DNA from: Octopus vulgaris
Lineage: Eukaryota
Assembly (NCBI GenBank): GCA_951406725.2
Contig: OX597816.1
Coordinates: forward strand, 101,184,001 to 101,248,000
Direction: 5' to 3'
DNA: 64,000 nt
A model generated the notes under the pieces. It did no database searches, was not told the origin of the DNA, and worked only from the letters and a program-made list of their open reading frames with translations. A program made the position numbers and the translations under genes. Below are positions 1 through 15,279 of this stretch, in pieces. Within the stretch, counting starts at the first letter, position 1. Each line of letters starts with the position of its first letter.

Positions 1-183
1 TTGACCTGGGTCTTTGGACAGGTGTCTTCAACTCCAAATGAGTCAGGTTACCTCTATGAAGTATCTCCATCAACTTGGCTACTGAAATGTTTCAAGCATC
101 AGACAATGTTCGCACAGATAAAACTGTACAATGAGTATAATGAAGTGTGTTACTTTACCTTTGAAGTTACTGTGTATATATAA
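1..183. other. Possible unique coding-exon fragment at the window edge; strand unresolved
   Basis: Non-repetitive sequence with an open + frame ending at TAA 181-183. The - strand also has a TTTCAG acceptor (87-82) followed by an open frame AKLMEILHRGNLTHLELKTPVQRPRS running off the window. No recognised domain. Confidence 0.2.
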
Positions 184-247
184 AACTAGTATTATTTTGT
201 TTTCAACAACACTTATGCATATACATATATAAACATGTTCACCAAAA

Positions 248-250
<3 letters not shown>

Positions 251-293
<43 letters not shown>

Positions 294-359
294 TGTTGAG
301 TGTGTTTGTACAAATACCTATGCGTTTTTCATTCTTCTCCTCTCTCTTTTTCTCACTCT

Positions 360-396
<37 letters not shown>

Positions 397-453
397 TGTA
401 TGTATGTATGTATGTATGTATGTATGTATGTATGTATGTATGTATGTATGTAT
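251..453. repeat. (TA)n and (TATG)n microsatellites
   Basis: Directly visible tandem repeats. Confidence 0.95.
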
Positions 454-1317
454 GCGTGCGCGCTCAATCAGATATATGTGTGCAGGCTAGTGTATGGATG
501 GTTGCGTTCTCATGTGCGTGTATTCATACATATATCAAGTTAATTGCAATTTTATATGTAAGTTATGCGAGGAAAAATAATTTCAACCTTCCCGTTTCAA
601 CGCTAAATATTCTACCGTTGCCTTGTACGCAAATTTCTTAGAATCCTACGATGCTCAATACAAACCGAGGGCTGCTTGCCAAGAGCAGTCGAACTAATTA
701 AAGGAATTGGAAAACAAGATGCAACTGAATACAACTTTTAAATACAGTTACGCGCAACAAGTAGACAGCACCTAAATTCAATTAGTTCCACTAAATCACC
801 ATGAAGTTCACTTTAAATCTAGTTAAAGATTTCAGGTAATTTATATCGTTCATTTAGTCTAAGCACAGTACGAACATTTTTATCCAGTACTCCATACTTT
901 TGAAACTTTCACTTACCCGTTTAAATTCAAGAGAATCAAATCTATACGTTTACGATAATGATCACCTTATAATTTTTCGTACCCTTTGCCCTGTGTTCAG
1001 AAGTGAAAAATATTTTGATATTTTCATCTACATAACCTTTCAATTGGTTTCATTAGCAATCGTAACATCCATCATATTTCTGTATAATATAGCGGAAACT
1101 TTTAAAAAATCGAAATAGTACACATAATGTTTGTTAAATAACTGAGTCAGTAAGTAGTTATCTAGTGCTGACTTAAGCTAAACATGGCTGTCTTTAATGA
1201 CAGTTAAACAATTTAACATATCAAATTAGTTATACAAGAACCAGTTGTCTGGAATCATTACTATTAGTTAAGAGAAAAAAATTCATTTAAAATCATAAGA
1301 CTAAGAAAGCGTAACTT

Positions 1318-1600
1318 TGTGATAAGGAGTTTGCTTCCTAACCACACGGTTCGAGTTCAGTTCCATTGCGTGGCACCTTGGGCATATGTGTGCGTGTATG
1401 TATGTGTGCGCGTGAGTGTGTGTATGTGTGTGTTTGTATGTGTGCGTTTGTTTTCGAGTTTGTCGCCCACCAGTATTGGGTTATTTACGTCTCGGTAACT
1501 TAGTAGATTGGCAAAAGAGACCAACAGAAAAAGTACCAGACTAAACCCTTAAAGGCAGTGCTCTAGCATGACCACAGTCTAATCGAAACGTTGTGTAAAT
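1318..1600 (+). mobile_element. SINE family B (tRNA-like head, internal TG repeat, conserved tail), degenerate copy
   Basis: Head gtgataaggagtttgcttcctaaccacacggttcgagttcagt...caccttgggca and tail ggcaaaagagacc...aaggcagtgctctagcatgaccacagtc recur at 35945-36385, 54962-55115 and 19300-19430. Confidence 0.75.
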
Positions 1601-3483
1601 AAAAAACAACGCGGCTTTGAATGTGAAGTTAGAACTAATTAATGTCGAGATATGCACATTATTTATACTGTCATGGCATCTTGCTATTAAGAGGACCCAT
1701 GATCTTAATGACGGAACTGGTTTGTTTAACTTTTTTAGGACTTATCTTTGTCACACACAAGAATCTTCTAGTGATCTCATAAATAACATAATTGTTAAAT
1801 TCTTTTATTGAAATATATCCAGCAATGAGAAAATATCCCTGTTGAGTATTGTCAACGGATATTGATATTTGGATTCAGTGCTGTAAATCAATGAAACTGT
1901 TCTGTGGCATTGTGATCAAGAGGTAAGTTCCCAGGAATACGATATTGCAAACCGGATTTCAATATCCTCCTAAAAACATTTTTATTTAATACTCTGATAA
2001 CTTCTGATAAAAAATACAACACTACCTATTTTATTCCTTCTAACATATTGTGACTTTGTTCCTTGTTCAAAATTACTAAATTAGATGGAGTCCATAGCCC
2101 GATAATCTGAAACATTCGAAAGCAAAATATATTAACTATGAGTATACATCTATAGCATAGCATCAGTAACGTAATACGACCCGCTGTCTCCGACCTTTCG
2201 ATTTTTAGAAAAGCAAGTTCATAACCATGCTGAAGCTACATACCAGAATCTACTAGCGCTTCCTTAAAAAGACACATCAGAATACATTATCTTTTCATGC
2301 GAAGAAATGCTATCTTGATGTCGTCACCAAAATTCTAGCTGAAAACACATTATGCTGCTATGAGTCTAACATCCGGATAGACACACTTGAAAAGATGAAT
2401 GAAATAAGTTTGAACTCCGTTGTATGATTCATGCGGTGAACACTGTCAGTGTTAGCAATGTTTCTACTCTCTTTTATGTTCTTACTACTAAATAACAAAC
2501 GTTATTTAAAAACACATTCCACTCCAAATCTATCTGTAACGAGAATGAAAATTATTGGTTGATTCTAAAACTCTTATCACCAAACTTTCATAGAAATCCA
2601 TTGTCTTAGTTACAACGTCTATTATAAGAGTTTAAAATCAAACAATGATCGCCATTGTCCGGCACAAATTTATTTAGAGTGGAATGTGATTCTTAAAGAT
2701 CTTTTGTTGTACATTAGTGAGAACGTAATGAGATAGAGTATATACATTGTGAACACTAAATATATACACCACATGAATCATGTACTATAGAGATCAAACT
2801 TGCTTAATTTATCTTTTAAAGTAATGCCTATCCGCTTGTAAGACTTAGCATAATAAGTGATCGGCTTGAATTTGGTGTCTGCATCAAGCTGGTATTTCTT
2901 CCCATGTTTATTGAATAAGTATTGCAGCTTATGAACAATTTTATTTATGTCCAATATTACTGACAAAATAAACGCAGTTGGTTTTTCTTTTAACAGGGTT
3001 TATAGTGAATGTTGGTGATATAAAACCCAATTCTCTCAAACATGACTGTTTCTTAAAACTCACGCAAGATCATATTTACACAAGTTAAACAAGCCCACAA
3101 TCCGCAGGGATCTCAAAGTAATTAAAAGGCGTATTTATTTTCAATTTTGTATGAAGTTCTGATGTATTTTTTTTATTAAATGACCTACCAGTTTTATATA
3201 AATTGTGACCTCTAACACTGAACTCGTGAACAGTTTTAAACGTTTAAAAAGGCCGATTACAAAATATTAGTATGAAGTCACATTTCTTTAAATATTTCAA
3301 AAGCATTTTATCCCTTGTTATCTTCAACCCATACGGGTGATTTTTAATTTAGCACTCTTTATATATAATACTAATCTTATCAAAAGTACAAGGAATTCTT
3401 GCAAAATAACTTAATCTAGCTAGCTAGCTAGATATTTATCTCGTGTTTTTTTTTATCTATCTGTTAATTTATATAGATATGTC

Positions 3484-3675
3484 AGGCGCTGACCTGACAG
3501 AATCGTTAGCACTATGGGCAAAATACTTCATCTGTCTTAACGTTCTACCGAGGTTGAATTTCCCTTTCATCCTTTCGGGATCGATAAAATAAGTACCAGT
3601 TGATAATGGGATCGAGGTAATCAACTTAACACTTCTTCCGAAATTGCTGGCCTTATGCCAAAATCTAAAATCAAT
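3484..3675 (+). mobile_element. SINE family A copy
   Basis: Shares gcagaatcgttagcac...ctttcatcctttcggg.tcgataaaataagtaccagt with the reference copy at 36652-36884. Confidence 0.8.
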
Positions 3676-3749
3676 ATATATGGATATATATTAATTTATA
3701 TATGGTAATATATGCGTGTGCGTGTAGATGTGTTTTCTCTTTTTTTAGT

Positions 3750-4960
3750 GTCTTTGTACGCATCTTTTTGGAAGTTTGTCAAAGGCGGAACAGTATTTCA
3801 TGGCCTTTAAATACCGCTCAAATCTGGAAAGATTGATGCAGTTCATGTTCAGTTTAAACATTTGTAAGTGACGTCTATTTGAAAATACAAGCAGAGAAAG
3901 AAACACGGCGTTTTTAACGGAGACTCTACAATGTGAAACATTAAGGGCGGTGATCAGGAGATTAGCTAGTCATCTATTCAGAGTAGTAGCACGAGATGAA
4001 GAAAATGTACAACAGTTCATATGTGAGCCAGTAGTTTTGGCATGTTGGTAGGTGAAATTTGTCAATCTACGGATCCCGGATATGTGAGAAATATTCGAAT
4101 GTAAATCATATTTGAGCTTTGTAATGATCAGGAGTCAAGTATTTTCTGGCCCTGAAGAAGTTTATTCTTTGGGGTGCCGTTTTAGCAATGTTATATATGT
4201 GAGGTTAGAGTTAATTTGAAATTGTAAGGTCTAGCATATGGTGTGAAAGTATCAGTTGTATAATTAAAGAGCAAGCTCCAAAATTATTTCTTTGAAATAT
4301 GTAGAAACTACGTGTGCTTTTAAGGGAGAGAGAGAGAGAGAGAAGTGGAGAAAAGAGAGAAAGAGAGACAGACCTAAAGAGAAAGAAAGACGGACAGACA
4401 GACAACAAAAGAAGGGAAATAAAGTGAGGGAATGAACAGGTTTATTTTGTGATTTGTTGTTTTCGAATTTCGAGTTGTTTAGTCCCAAATCAGCTGTGAT
4501 CGAGTATAATTAAGGACAATCCAATCGTGTCCACCAAGTTTTTTTTTCTTATGAGCAGAAAATTCAAAGTCCACATTATCCAGCATGTCCTTTTAAGATG
4601 ATTATGGATGAGTCGGTTGCACGACCATGTATCAGCTCCGTTCTTGACACGCTGTTGACACGGTGTTTTTGGTTCGGTTTCTAATCATGATATGAATGCA
4701 AGATTGATGTGAAGTGTTAAGAATGATTCATATATTCTTCGAAGATTAGGGAGGAATGTAGAGTTGATGCCGCCATCATTGTAGGACTGTATATTGCTAG
4801 AAGTGACATTGAGTAGAGCCTGGAAACGATGATCAAAATTGAAGGTTGATACGGTGTGGGAAAATGGATCGTGGGCATGAAACTAATATTGCATCAGGTA
4901 GGGGGGCAAGTTTTATTGTAGATCTACCTCTACAGAAGAGGTACTGGTACTTATAATTGG
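3750..4960 (-). mobile_element. Degenerate CR1/L2-like LINE, RT C-terminal region, interrupted by GA repeat
   Basis: Minus-strand translation LDLTISN*L*PHIYNIAKTAPQRINFFRARKYLTPD...YKAQI*FTFEYFSHI resembles the LG.T....L.W..HI..IAK.A...L.R...YKA.IRP.LEY motif. A decayed YADD-like segment (IQSYND) lies near 4780. Confidence 0.6.
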
Positions 4961-5105
4961 ACTTGAGGGTGGGCTGTATGTATAAGTATGTGTATATGTG
5001 GGTAAACATAACACATATGTGTGTGGCTGTATACATAAATGTATATATGTATATATATACATATATATATATATATGTGTGTGTATGTATGTATGTATGC
5101 ATATG

Positions 5106-5139
<34 letters not shown>

Positions 5140-5227
5140 AGAGTGTATATATTTCTGTATTTACCAATATATGTCTATGAAAATGCATATATCAAACGAG
5201 CCTGTGCATGTATATGTTCTAAACGAA

Positions 5228-5268
<41 letters not shown>

Positions 5269-5419
5269 AAGAAAAGTAAGAGTGAGAGAGAGAGAAAGAG
5301 AGAGAGTGCTGTGGAAGAGAAAAAGACTATGCGAGGGAGTGTGTTACGACTATATATTTCTGTGAGTACATATATACACTCAACTAATAAACACCTTCAG
5401 TACACTACGTAATTGCCAT

Positions 5420-6800
<1,381 letters not shown>

Positions 6801-7136
6801 CTGATGCTGACTGCACCCTCTGAGTTGGGTCTTTGCGAAACAACAGATAAACTGTGCTATAAATAGTCTATGACGTCAAATGCAATTCGTCTCACGGATA
6901 GAGAGTAAATGTGAGGGTGCGTGTTTGCGTATGCATGTATGTGTGCGCGCGCGCGTTGTGTGTGCACGTATGTTTCTTTGTGTAAAGGTGTAAGTGTATG
7001 TGCATACGTGCGTCTGCATTGATGTATGTATATGTATGTGTCTATCCATGAGGGAATAAATTTGTGTACCTAACTGAATATATGTATACGAATGTGTTTC
7101 ACATATATGTGTGTGTGACTGTGTGCGTATATGCTT

Positions 7137-7138
7137 CT

Positions 7139-7222
<84 letters not shown>
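7137..7222. repeat. (GATA)n microsatellite
   Basis: Directly visible. Confidence 0.95.
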
Positions 7223-7529
7223 TCTGTCGGTCGGTAGTTAGGTAGATAGAAAGAGGACACATACATTTAGATATGTATGTATGTATGCATGTACGACGTG
7301 TCATACACATACATTTAGATATGTGTGTGTGTATGCATGTATGTATGTATATGCATATCTACATACATAAATACATACATCTATATGCATATACATATAT
7401 GTACATAAATATACATGTGTGTACATATACATATACATACACACACATACATATATGCACCTGTATATATGTATATATGTATGTGTGTACGTATATGTGT
7501 GTATATATATATATGTATATATAAATGTG

Positions 7530-7568
<39 letters not shown>

Positions 7569-7680
7569 TGTTCATATACGTGTATGTTGTAACATTCTGC
7601 GTACATTGATTGTATAGATTAAGTTGATGATTTTGCAGGCAATACTTGTAATATTGTCTTTGTTGTTGCTGCTACTGCTA

Positions 7681-7713
<33 letters not shown>

Positions 7714-9599
7714 TTATTGCTGCTGTTGCTGCTGCTGCTGGTATGGTGGTGGTGGTGGGGATGTCGTCGTCGTCGTGGTTATAGTGGTCGTGGTGTAGAC
7801 TTAGTGAACCAAAGTATTCCAACCGTGACCATTTGATTATGTTTTTCCTCCTTGTGAATGGAACTATCCTCTTTTCTAAAACGATGCAGTACAATTTGTG
7901 TGAGACTTGGCTGTTATCTCTAGCACTTTGGATGAGTTTTATAGGGTGTCCTCCTTCTGGAAGAAATAGTAATGTCATTGGTGTTAGAGGTGGTATTGTC
8001 TTAGAGTGGTGACGGTGTGGAGGTAGACTCGATATTGGCGGGAGAGACGTGAGCGTAGATGTTGGTGGTGATGTTGATAGTATTTTGATTTTGGTGTTGT
8101 TATTGTTGATGGTGCTGGTAGCGGTGGTGGTGGTGGTGGTGGTGGTGATAGTGATGGTGGGGGTGGGGTAATATTGGTATTTGTAGTGTTGCTGGAGTTA
8201 GCAGTGCTTCAATTGCTGTTGACGTGGCTGGTATAACTACTCTGCTATATTTTGCTACGTTAACAACTGAGTCTATATCTCATTTCCACCGAACTTCACT
8301 ATCACAATGCTAACCATGTACCTCACTAGCATAGTACCTTGCAACTACTGTAGAAGCACTGTGGTAGTGCTACTGTATCCACTGCTATTATACTGTACCT
8401 CACTAATATTCTATCTCACATTTAGTCAAGTGGAGTACAGTGTTTGAGTTGTACGCGTTGCTCCTGTATGTTACTGAGACTATAGTGCAAGCATTTACTA
8501 CTTAGATTTTTCTTTTACATATCCAGCACCTTATCCAGCACTTTAGCTCTCAGCTAGATCACCTTTACTTTCATCCTTTTGAGAGCGATAAAATAAAGTA
8601 CTAATTTAGCATGTAGATTAGCGGTATTGTGAGCGGAATTTTGAACTGTCTTGCGGTGTTTGTTTTTATTAGTTGCGCTCTGAGTTCTTAAATACAAAAT
8701 TCGATCTTCAGTGAGTTCACTTTATCGCAATCATTTAGGTCAGTTCTCCAGGTTTAAATATGATTCCCTCCTTTAAACTTATCCGTCAAAGAGACTCTTA
8801 AAAGTAAATAAAAGGATATAGGCCAACGGTGCTGCATTTTACTTCTCAAACTAATTGGTAAAAACATGCAAGACATCAGCATCAACAGTGTGTGTGTGTG
8901 CGTGTGTGTGTGTACGTGTGTGTGAGTGTGTGTGTGTGTGCGTACAGGTTGTGTGTGTGTTTATGTGTGTGTGTTCAAATATTTTACGAATCAGCGAGAC
9001 AATGCCGGTAGTTTTCGTCCTTTGTTGTATACTAGTAATGTGATGTTGGTAAAGGCTTGAACATCATTGATCGTAGACCTTTTCTATTAAGGATGACCTG
9101 GAGCTAATCATTAACAACGCTACGCCCATATAATAACTCCTACCTGAAGCACAAGGGTACAGATTACTCAGTACTCGACCATGGAATGATCAAAACCCAA
9201 GTTTATCTCAGTGGGATTTGAATGTAGAATGTAAAGAGCCGAATGAAATATGTGGACTTGCCACTCCAGATTTTAAGTGAGAGAATACAGACTTGTTCTG
9301 GTTATTCTTATTACCACCTATTCCTTCAATACAGTACTGATCAAATCGATTGCCGTTGTGTCTGATACCATGACCTTGGCGTTCTGCGTCCCAATTAAGC
9401 AGGACGCTGTAATCGATTGGGAACCAACCGTGCAAAAGAAGAGAGAAGGCACCTTTGAAACAGTTCGACTGTTGAGTAGATTCTATTGTCTATTAAAACA
9501 ATCCAACCTATGAAACCTAGACCGGCTGCACTGGAGACTACTACTAATTATTGTTCTTCGACCTTTCCATAGATTGGTTCAAAAGGACTAGATCTACGT

Positions 9600-10950
9600 T
9601 GAAGACAAACTTACTACCCACCTTATCAACTATGTCTCGCAAGAAGTGAAGTTTATTCTGCAAAACTATACTGGGTACCTTGCAGATCGCAGTATTGCGC
9701 TCCAGAAAATACTACGACGGAATGCACTAGTTTGTTGTTGACTGACCAATATCTAAAACTCTAAATGTAAGAAAGTAATTAAAAATTGTCGATGATATTC
9801 CCATTGTTCGCATCATTCCTCTGCAGCTCTACCACCAATTTATGGCTAACACGGCTGGGAATATTTTAAATCTATTATAGCCAGTTACAATAGGTGTTTG
9901 CTAAACGAGGAGCGAACAAGTCTGGCGTGTATCTATAAAGCCTGTAAGACAGTTCTTCCAAACCAAGTAAATTGCTTTTCACACAACTATGCGTTCATAA
10001 CTGTTTTAGTCTTAGCTGCCGTTATTACCTTTTCGAAACACTTCACAATTATTCTGGCAAGAACCGCTGCAGGACATTGAGGTTGATGTTAAAGTTCATT
10101 ATATATAGTCCATCACTACCCTAGGAGTTGGCAAAGTGTTGTTGGAGAAACCATACACGCCTTCTTATATTCGAATGGCACACGACTCTCGTGGTCCGTC
10201 AAATATGTAATATTGGTTTTGTTAGCACCTGTACCCACTGAAGAACCTTCACGATCTTATATCCTAAGAGCACATGTTTTTACTATGACGTGATTAATTT
10301 CGTGTTTCGCGTCGAAGAAACGATGCGCTATTTTCGGCACTAGCACGTTATTGCAATCCTTTTTCTATAAGCCTTTTCTAATTTGCCAACTAGATATTCT
10401 GACCTCTAGTCTATTGTTTTCTGCGCTATTTCATTAATATAACTATTCGATTCTCTCCTAATGACTCTCTCACAGTGACGCACCCCCCTTTCAAAATCTT
10501 GCTTAACAATTTCTTTAATTCTCTCACCATTAGTTTTCTTCGCCGTGAATAAAGTGGTTAATAGTATTCACTCACCAAATCCTTCTCTATTTCACCTACC
10601 GAGGTTAACTGTTCAGATTACAAACTTCGTAGCTAACCAGTTACCACTATTCTTAAATGTTTTGTCTGGATACAATCTGGGTGATTCGGTGCAGTTTGTA
10701 CATATCTGCTATTGATACATTAAAAAAACTGTTGACAATTGTTTAACTATTGGAAATGTCTGTGCAGGTTTGCCTCTCAAACCTGCACCCTTCCATCAAA
10801 ATACTTCAACATAATCCCAGCGCGCGTCTTAGATGCCAGCCTGGTCACTATGACTAACGTGTGATAGGTTTCCAAGAATTATTTTTAATATTCTAAAAGA
10901 AGTTCAGTTGCCCTACCATACTCGAGTATAAATGATTTAGAGTTAAAGAA
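9600..10950 (-). mobile_element. Highly degenerate CR1-like LINE ORF2 fossil
   Basis: Minus-strand patches TLTST..VLARIIVK (RPISLTS..K..E.II-like), IDLK..SRVSHKL (D..KAFD.V.H-like) and HSD(Q) (SDH-like) occur in the expected order. Confidence 0.35.
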
Positions 10951-11071
10951 AAACACCGCCTTCTCACATCCGTCTATTTGAATCCAGTAAAATCGTTTAT
11001 ACTTCAAGATCAAAACATTTCTTAATGTGGACAATTATGGAGTTGATTTTAGGTCTTATAAATCTAATATC

Positions 11072-11562
11072 TTCCTATCCTTCCTTAATACCGGTTCCCA
11101 TATGCTATTCATATCTGCACTCGGTATGCTTGGGAGGCTGTTGTGTCCTAGCATATGCGCTGCTTCTTTTAGTTTTCCTATTTTCCAGTGCTGTTCTCTG
11201 TCTGTTATTTTAACTTCATCCCACAAGTTAAAATAATTGACAGAGAACACCACTGAAAAATACGAAAACTAAAAGAAGCAGGACATATGCCAGGACACAA
11301 CAACCTCCTAAACAGACCGAGTGCAGATATGAATAGCATATGGGAACCGGTATTAAGGAAGGATAGGAAAATAATAGCATCGAAAAATACCTTAAAAATG
11401 AGAACCCAGGTTCGAAATTTCCCCCAAGGTACCTGATGAAGGCTGGAGGGTATATCAGCCGAAACGTTGTGTTAACAACATACAAGATGAGGACAAATAT
11501 CTGTCAAATGTAAATAGCGTAAATAATGTACATAATTCCTCATCTCTTTAATATAGAACTGT
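11072..11562. mobile_element. Penelope-like element (PLE) terminal relic: inverted duplication of the GIY-YIG C-terminus plus a pLTR-like tail
   Basis: Arms 11072-11216 and 11225-11369 are inverted, with 12 mismatches in 145 nt by eye and an 8-nt loop. They encode WDEVKITDREQHWKIGKLKEAAHML..., typical of the end of a PLE endonuclease. A hammerhead follows. Confidence 0.8.
11428..11473 (+). ncRNA. Minimal type-I hammerhead ribozyme (PLE-associated)
   Basis: CTGATGA (11433-39), stem II GGCTG/CAGCC (11441-45/11456-60), GAAA (11461-64), palindromic minimal stem III (AACGTT), UU cleavage dinucleotide, weak stem I ggtac/gtgtt. Confidence 0.75.
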
Positions 11563-12149
11563 ATCAGCGTTGGAAATAGTAACAACACTGAGTTAATGAA
11601 GTACATGTCAAAACAATTCAAAGATGAAATGAAAAAAGAAGAGAGATGATTTTGAAGAATTCATCTGTAAAACACTTAAACGCATGCTATGATATTAGAA
11701 TTTTCGAAAATAGTAGATAATACAAGTATCAGACTTTTATCTAATAATTGTCGTAAATGTAGGACGGATCTAGCCAGACGAAATAAGCCTGCTGTTTTAG
11801 GATTGAAGATAGATGTTTTCTCTTCAACAATCCCTTATCAAACTTTGTAGGTTCCACTTGGAAAGGAAGTTATAGATGGAGAAGAGGGATGTTCCTCCCA
11901 GTAAAGTATTTTTAATTATGGAATATGGCTCCAGTAAATAGGCCAACACCCTCCTGCGCTTTTAGATCAGATGGATCAAATATGAACAGACCCTTTTTTT
12001 TTTTTTAAGCGTTTTCCTGCTCTGGGCGTTTTCTGCTCTGAGTGTTGTCTGCATTCCGTGTAAAACCATTTCATTTTTCCCTTCAGTCGATTCCTAAGTG
12101 AAAATCCATTCTTTTTATTTACTCCATACTTTTTGTTATTGATGCTATT

Positions 12150-12712
12150 TTTAAAGTGTCTGGTTTCAATCCAGCTTTTCTAAGTTCATACTATGCTGAG
12201 GTCAACTTTGCCTTCCGTTTCCCCAGGGTTGATAATAAAGTAAGTCTCAAGTACTTGGGTCGATAGTATCGACTAATCCCTTCCTCTCAAAACTCCTGGA
12301 CTCGTGTCTCTAATATTATTATTACTTTTAAGACGGCGAGCTTGAAGAATCGCTGGCACGCCGGGCAAAATGCTTAACAGAATTACGTTTGTCTTCACGT
12401 TCTGAGTTCAATTTCCGCCGACGTCGACTTTGCCTTTCATCCTTTCGGGGTCGATTAGATAAGTATCAGTTACGCACTGGGGTCGATATAATCGACTTAA
12501 TCCGTTTGTCTGTCCTTGTTTGTTCCCTCTGTGTTTAGCCCCTTGTGTGTAGTGAAGAAATAGGAATTACGTTTGTCTTCATGTTCTGAGCTCAACTTCC
12601 GCTGACGTCGACTTTGCCTTTCGCCCTTTTGAAATACATGAAATAAGTACCAGTAGTGCACTGGGTCGATGCAATCGACTTTCCACCCCCTCCGCTAAAA
12701 CATTTCAGGGAG
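12150..12712 (+). mobile_element. Cluster of three SINE family A segments (12150-12310, 12330-12563, 12564-12712)
   Basis: Repeated gtcgactttgcctttcatcctttcggggtcga...ctggggtcgat core. Confidence 0.85.
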
Positions 12713-13399
12713 GATTGTTATTACTATTTGCTACTGACACGTTCATATATGCAAAAACTTTTGCTATGTTTCTCAAATGTCACTGAAGAAATTTATTTTC
12801 ATTTAAGATATTGTGTATGAAAAAGCTGTTGCTGAAAATTTTGAAATTTTTACTTCATACATGAGTTAGACAACAGAGGCAGTTTTGAAAATATTTTCTT
12901 TTTCTTTTATTAAATAAGTTTAAAATGTCTTCTTTTATTGGAACCGCCTCCAGAAGAAACAGCATTGAACAACATATAAAAGATACCAAACAAAAACATT
13001 TTTTAAATATTTAAAAGTAATTAATAAACATACAGCGAAATGACAAAAAATAAAAATGATATTTCACAAAATAAGAAAAGACATAACAGAATTTTGTTTG
13101 ACAACAACGTTAATACACATGCACATACTGTCAGACGAAAATGGAGCAAGCAATAATAATAAAAACAATCGTTTTCGCGAGAAGAATCCAAATATACTTG
13201 AAAGCATAACAACACTATGATCACATGAAAGGCGTCAACCTGCTACAAACTATCGCAGAGTTATGGAAGAAGGAAGTAACGTGACTGTGTTTTGTCAAGG
13301 CCACAGACGCTTTCTTTGTTCCATCCAAGGAAAATTACCGGCAGCCATAGCAGTCACGTTAAGCGAAATATTCATCGAATGAGGGAGGACATATAGTAC

Positions 13400-15000
13400 C
13401 ACATGCGACATTTTTTAAACAACCTCGCGACTAAAGTGCAAAGCCAAACTGTCCAAAACATGCCTGCCTATAAATTTCTAAATCCTCCATCCGGCGTTAT
13501 AGAAAACACTCTGAAATGCACGGATATCGATATATATTACTGCATCGGAATAAAATTACCTCGAGTGGATAATGCAACTGAGACCCACATAGAAAAATGC
13601 TCTGAGCGCGTGTAGGAACACAGGACACACTCGAAGAAAGATGTTAAAGATGTTCGGAACAGTTGAAATGAGATTCTGGACAGAAAACACTGAGAAACGA
13701 AGAACTCTTCCTAATCCCTAATTATCGTTATCAGCGACGGGAAAAAGTAAGAATGATGAACGTGCCACCAAAAATAACCATCACCTGATTGATAGCTGCC
13801 GTCTTGATTGGTATAGAGGAGGATGTGACAATTCTGAAGGCAAAAAAAATCGAATCAAAACCGGTCGGCATGAGGTATGGAACCTACAATGCAAGCCAAC
13901 CAACAAAACAGAAAAGATATAACTGACAGAATTTCCTTGATGGCGCAAACTTGTCCGTGAAAGTGGAGAGAAGTCAGCCAAGATGTTAAATACATGAATC
14001 TGTGACACACTGAAAGGCTATCTCCAACGAACGAAAGGAGCAAAACTGCCATGTTTACCAAAGACATAAATACAGAGGTCATAGCCGCAACAGCATGCAA
14101 ACACACCAACAGCAACAACCTCAGCGGAAACTGCAACAACAACAATATCTGACACAAGGACACCAGCAATATGAAAACATCCAACTACTATAACATTCCA
14201 GCGCCAATACAACACTAAATGACATGTCGTTTCCAGCTTCGGATCACGCGAATATGTTGTTGGTGGAGAAGAATGGAAAACCGTCCCATTGATAAGAGAA
14301 AGAAAAGGAAACAAAACTTAAACTCATCCACACAAAAAGTTGGAAGAAGAAAATTGAAAGCAACATGACAGAACCAGCTCGACTACAACTACCACCCAAC
14401 CACCAAACACCATCACCCCAAACGCCACCAACACCACTAACACTGCAAGCACTACTAGCATAACAATGAACACAAACACCAACAATCACAACAGAAAGGG
14501 CAAACTGAACAAACAAAAAAGATTTTCTACCATACAGCCGTAGACACGATAAAATATCATTTGAATACAGCCAATACAATACAAACATTAAGCCCAATGA
14601 TAGCACCACTACGTAATATGCTAATTCACATTCAAATATGTAAAATCAGAGAACACAGAAAACAACGTACAGCACTGAAAACAAAATATCCAGAGGAAAT
14701 GGGAGATTTCCGAGGGAATATAAACAAAATAAAATATATGAAAATAAAATCTTCTTACCCACAACTAGTCGAAAGAACATTACAGCGGTAGATAACCATC
14801 TCTCCAACCTCAGATTACTAAATATAAATGTGGTGACCATTCGCGAGACCAGAGTTTCTGAGATACGAGCCACCATTCCCATTTTTAGTTGCTACGAGCT
14901 ATACATGAACAGGAGGCGAAGTCGCTGAGTTATTCCGGGAGAAGATGGATCTTGCGAAACTGGATCCAATAAAAATTAGTTCCTGAGGCAATTGGTGGTT
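13400..15000 (+). mobile_element. Degenerate Tx1/L1-like LINE: ORF1 remnant and endonuclease N-terminus
   Basis: VKVERSQPRC (ORF1 pre-knuckle-like) near 13960. SNLRLLNINVVTIRETR near 14805 parallels the EN segment of the 24.5-kb copy. Confidence 0.45.
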
Positions 15001-15279
15001 CTCAAATTAGTCAGCTGGATAAGTGAACGAGGTCTTAGAGTACTCTAATTCAAACCAGACGGAAAATCGTTCATGTTTTATTTTTCCTTTTATTTTATTT
15101 TATTTTTTTTTACATATAATCACACATATACACGTATATGTATGTGGGTGCGAGGATGTGTACAAAATTTCTTAATATGCCTTTCCATATATTGTATAAC
15201 GTCTCTTACCAGCTAGAAATTCTTAAACGTGATTTTTACTGATCCTTCACATTATCTTACCATTCTTAGTAACTCGTAG

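Noticed and set aside
1700-3400. Possible Penelope N-terminal fossil (LKSGLQYRIP; ORF 2778-2966)
   Set aside because: Motifs are too short and wrongly spaced to support a call
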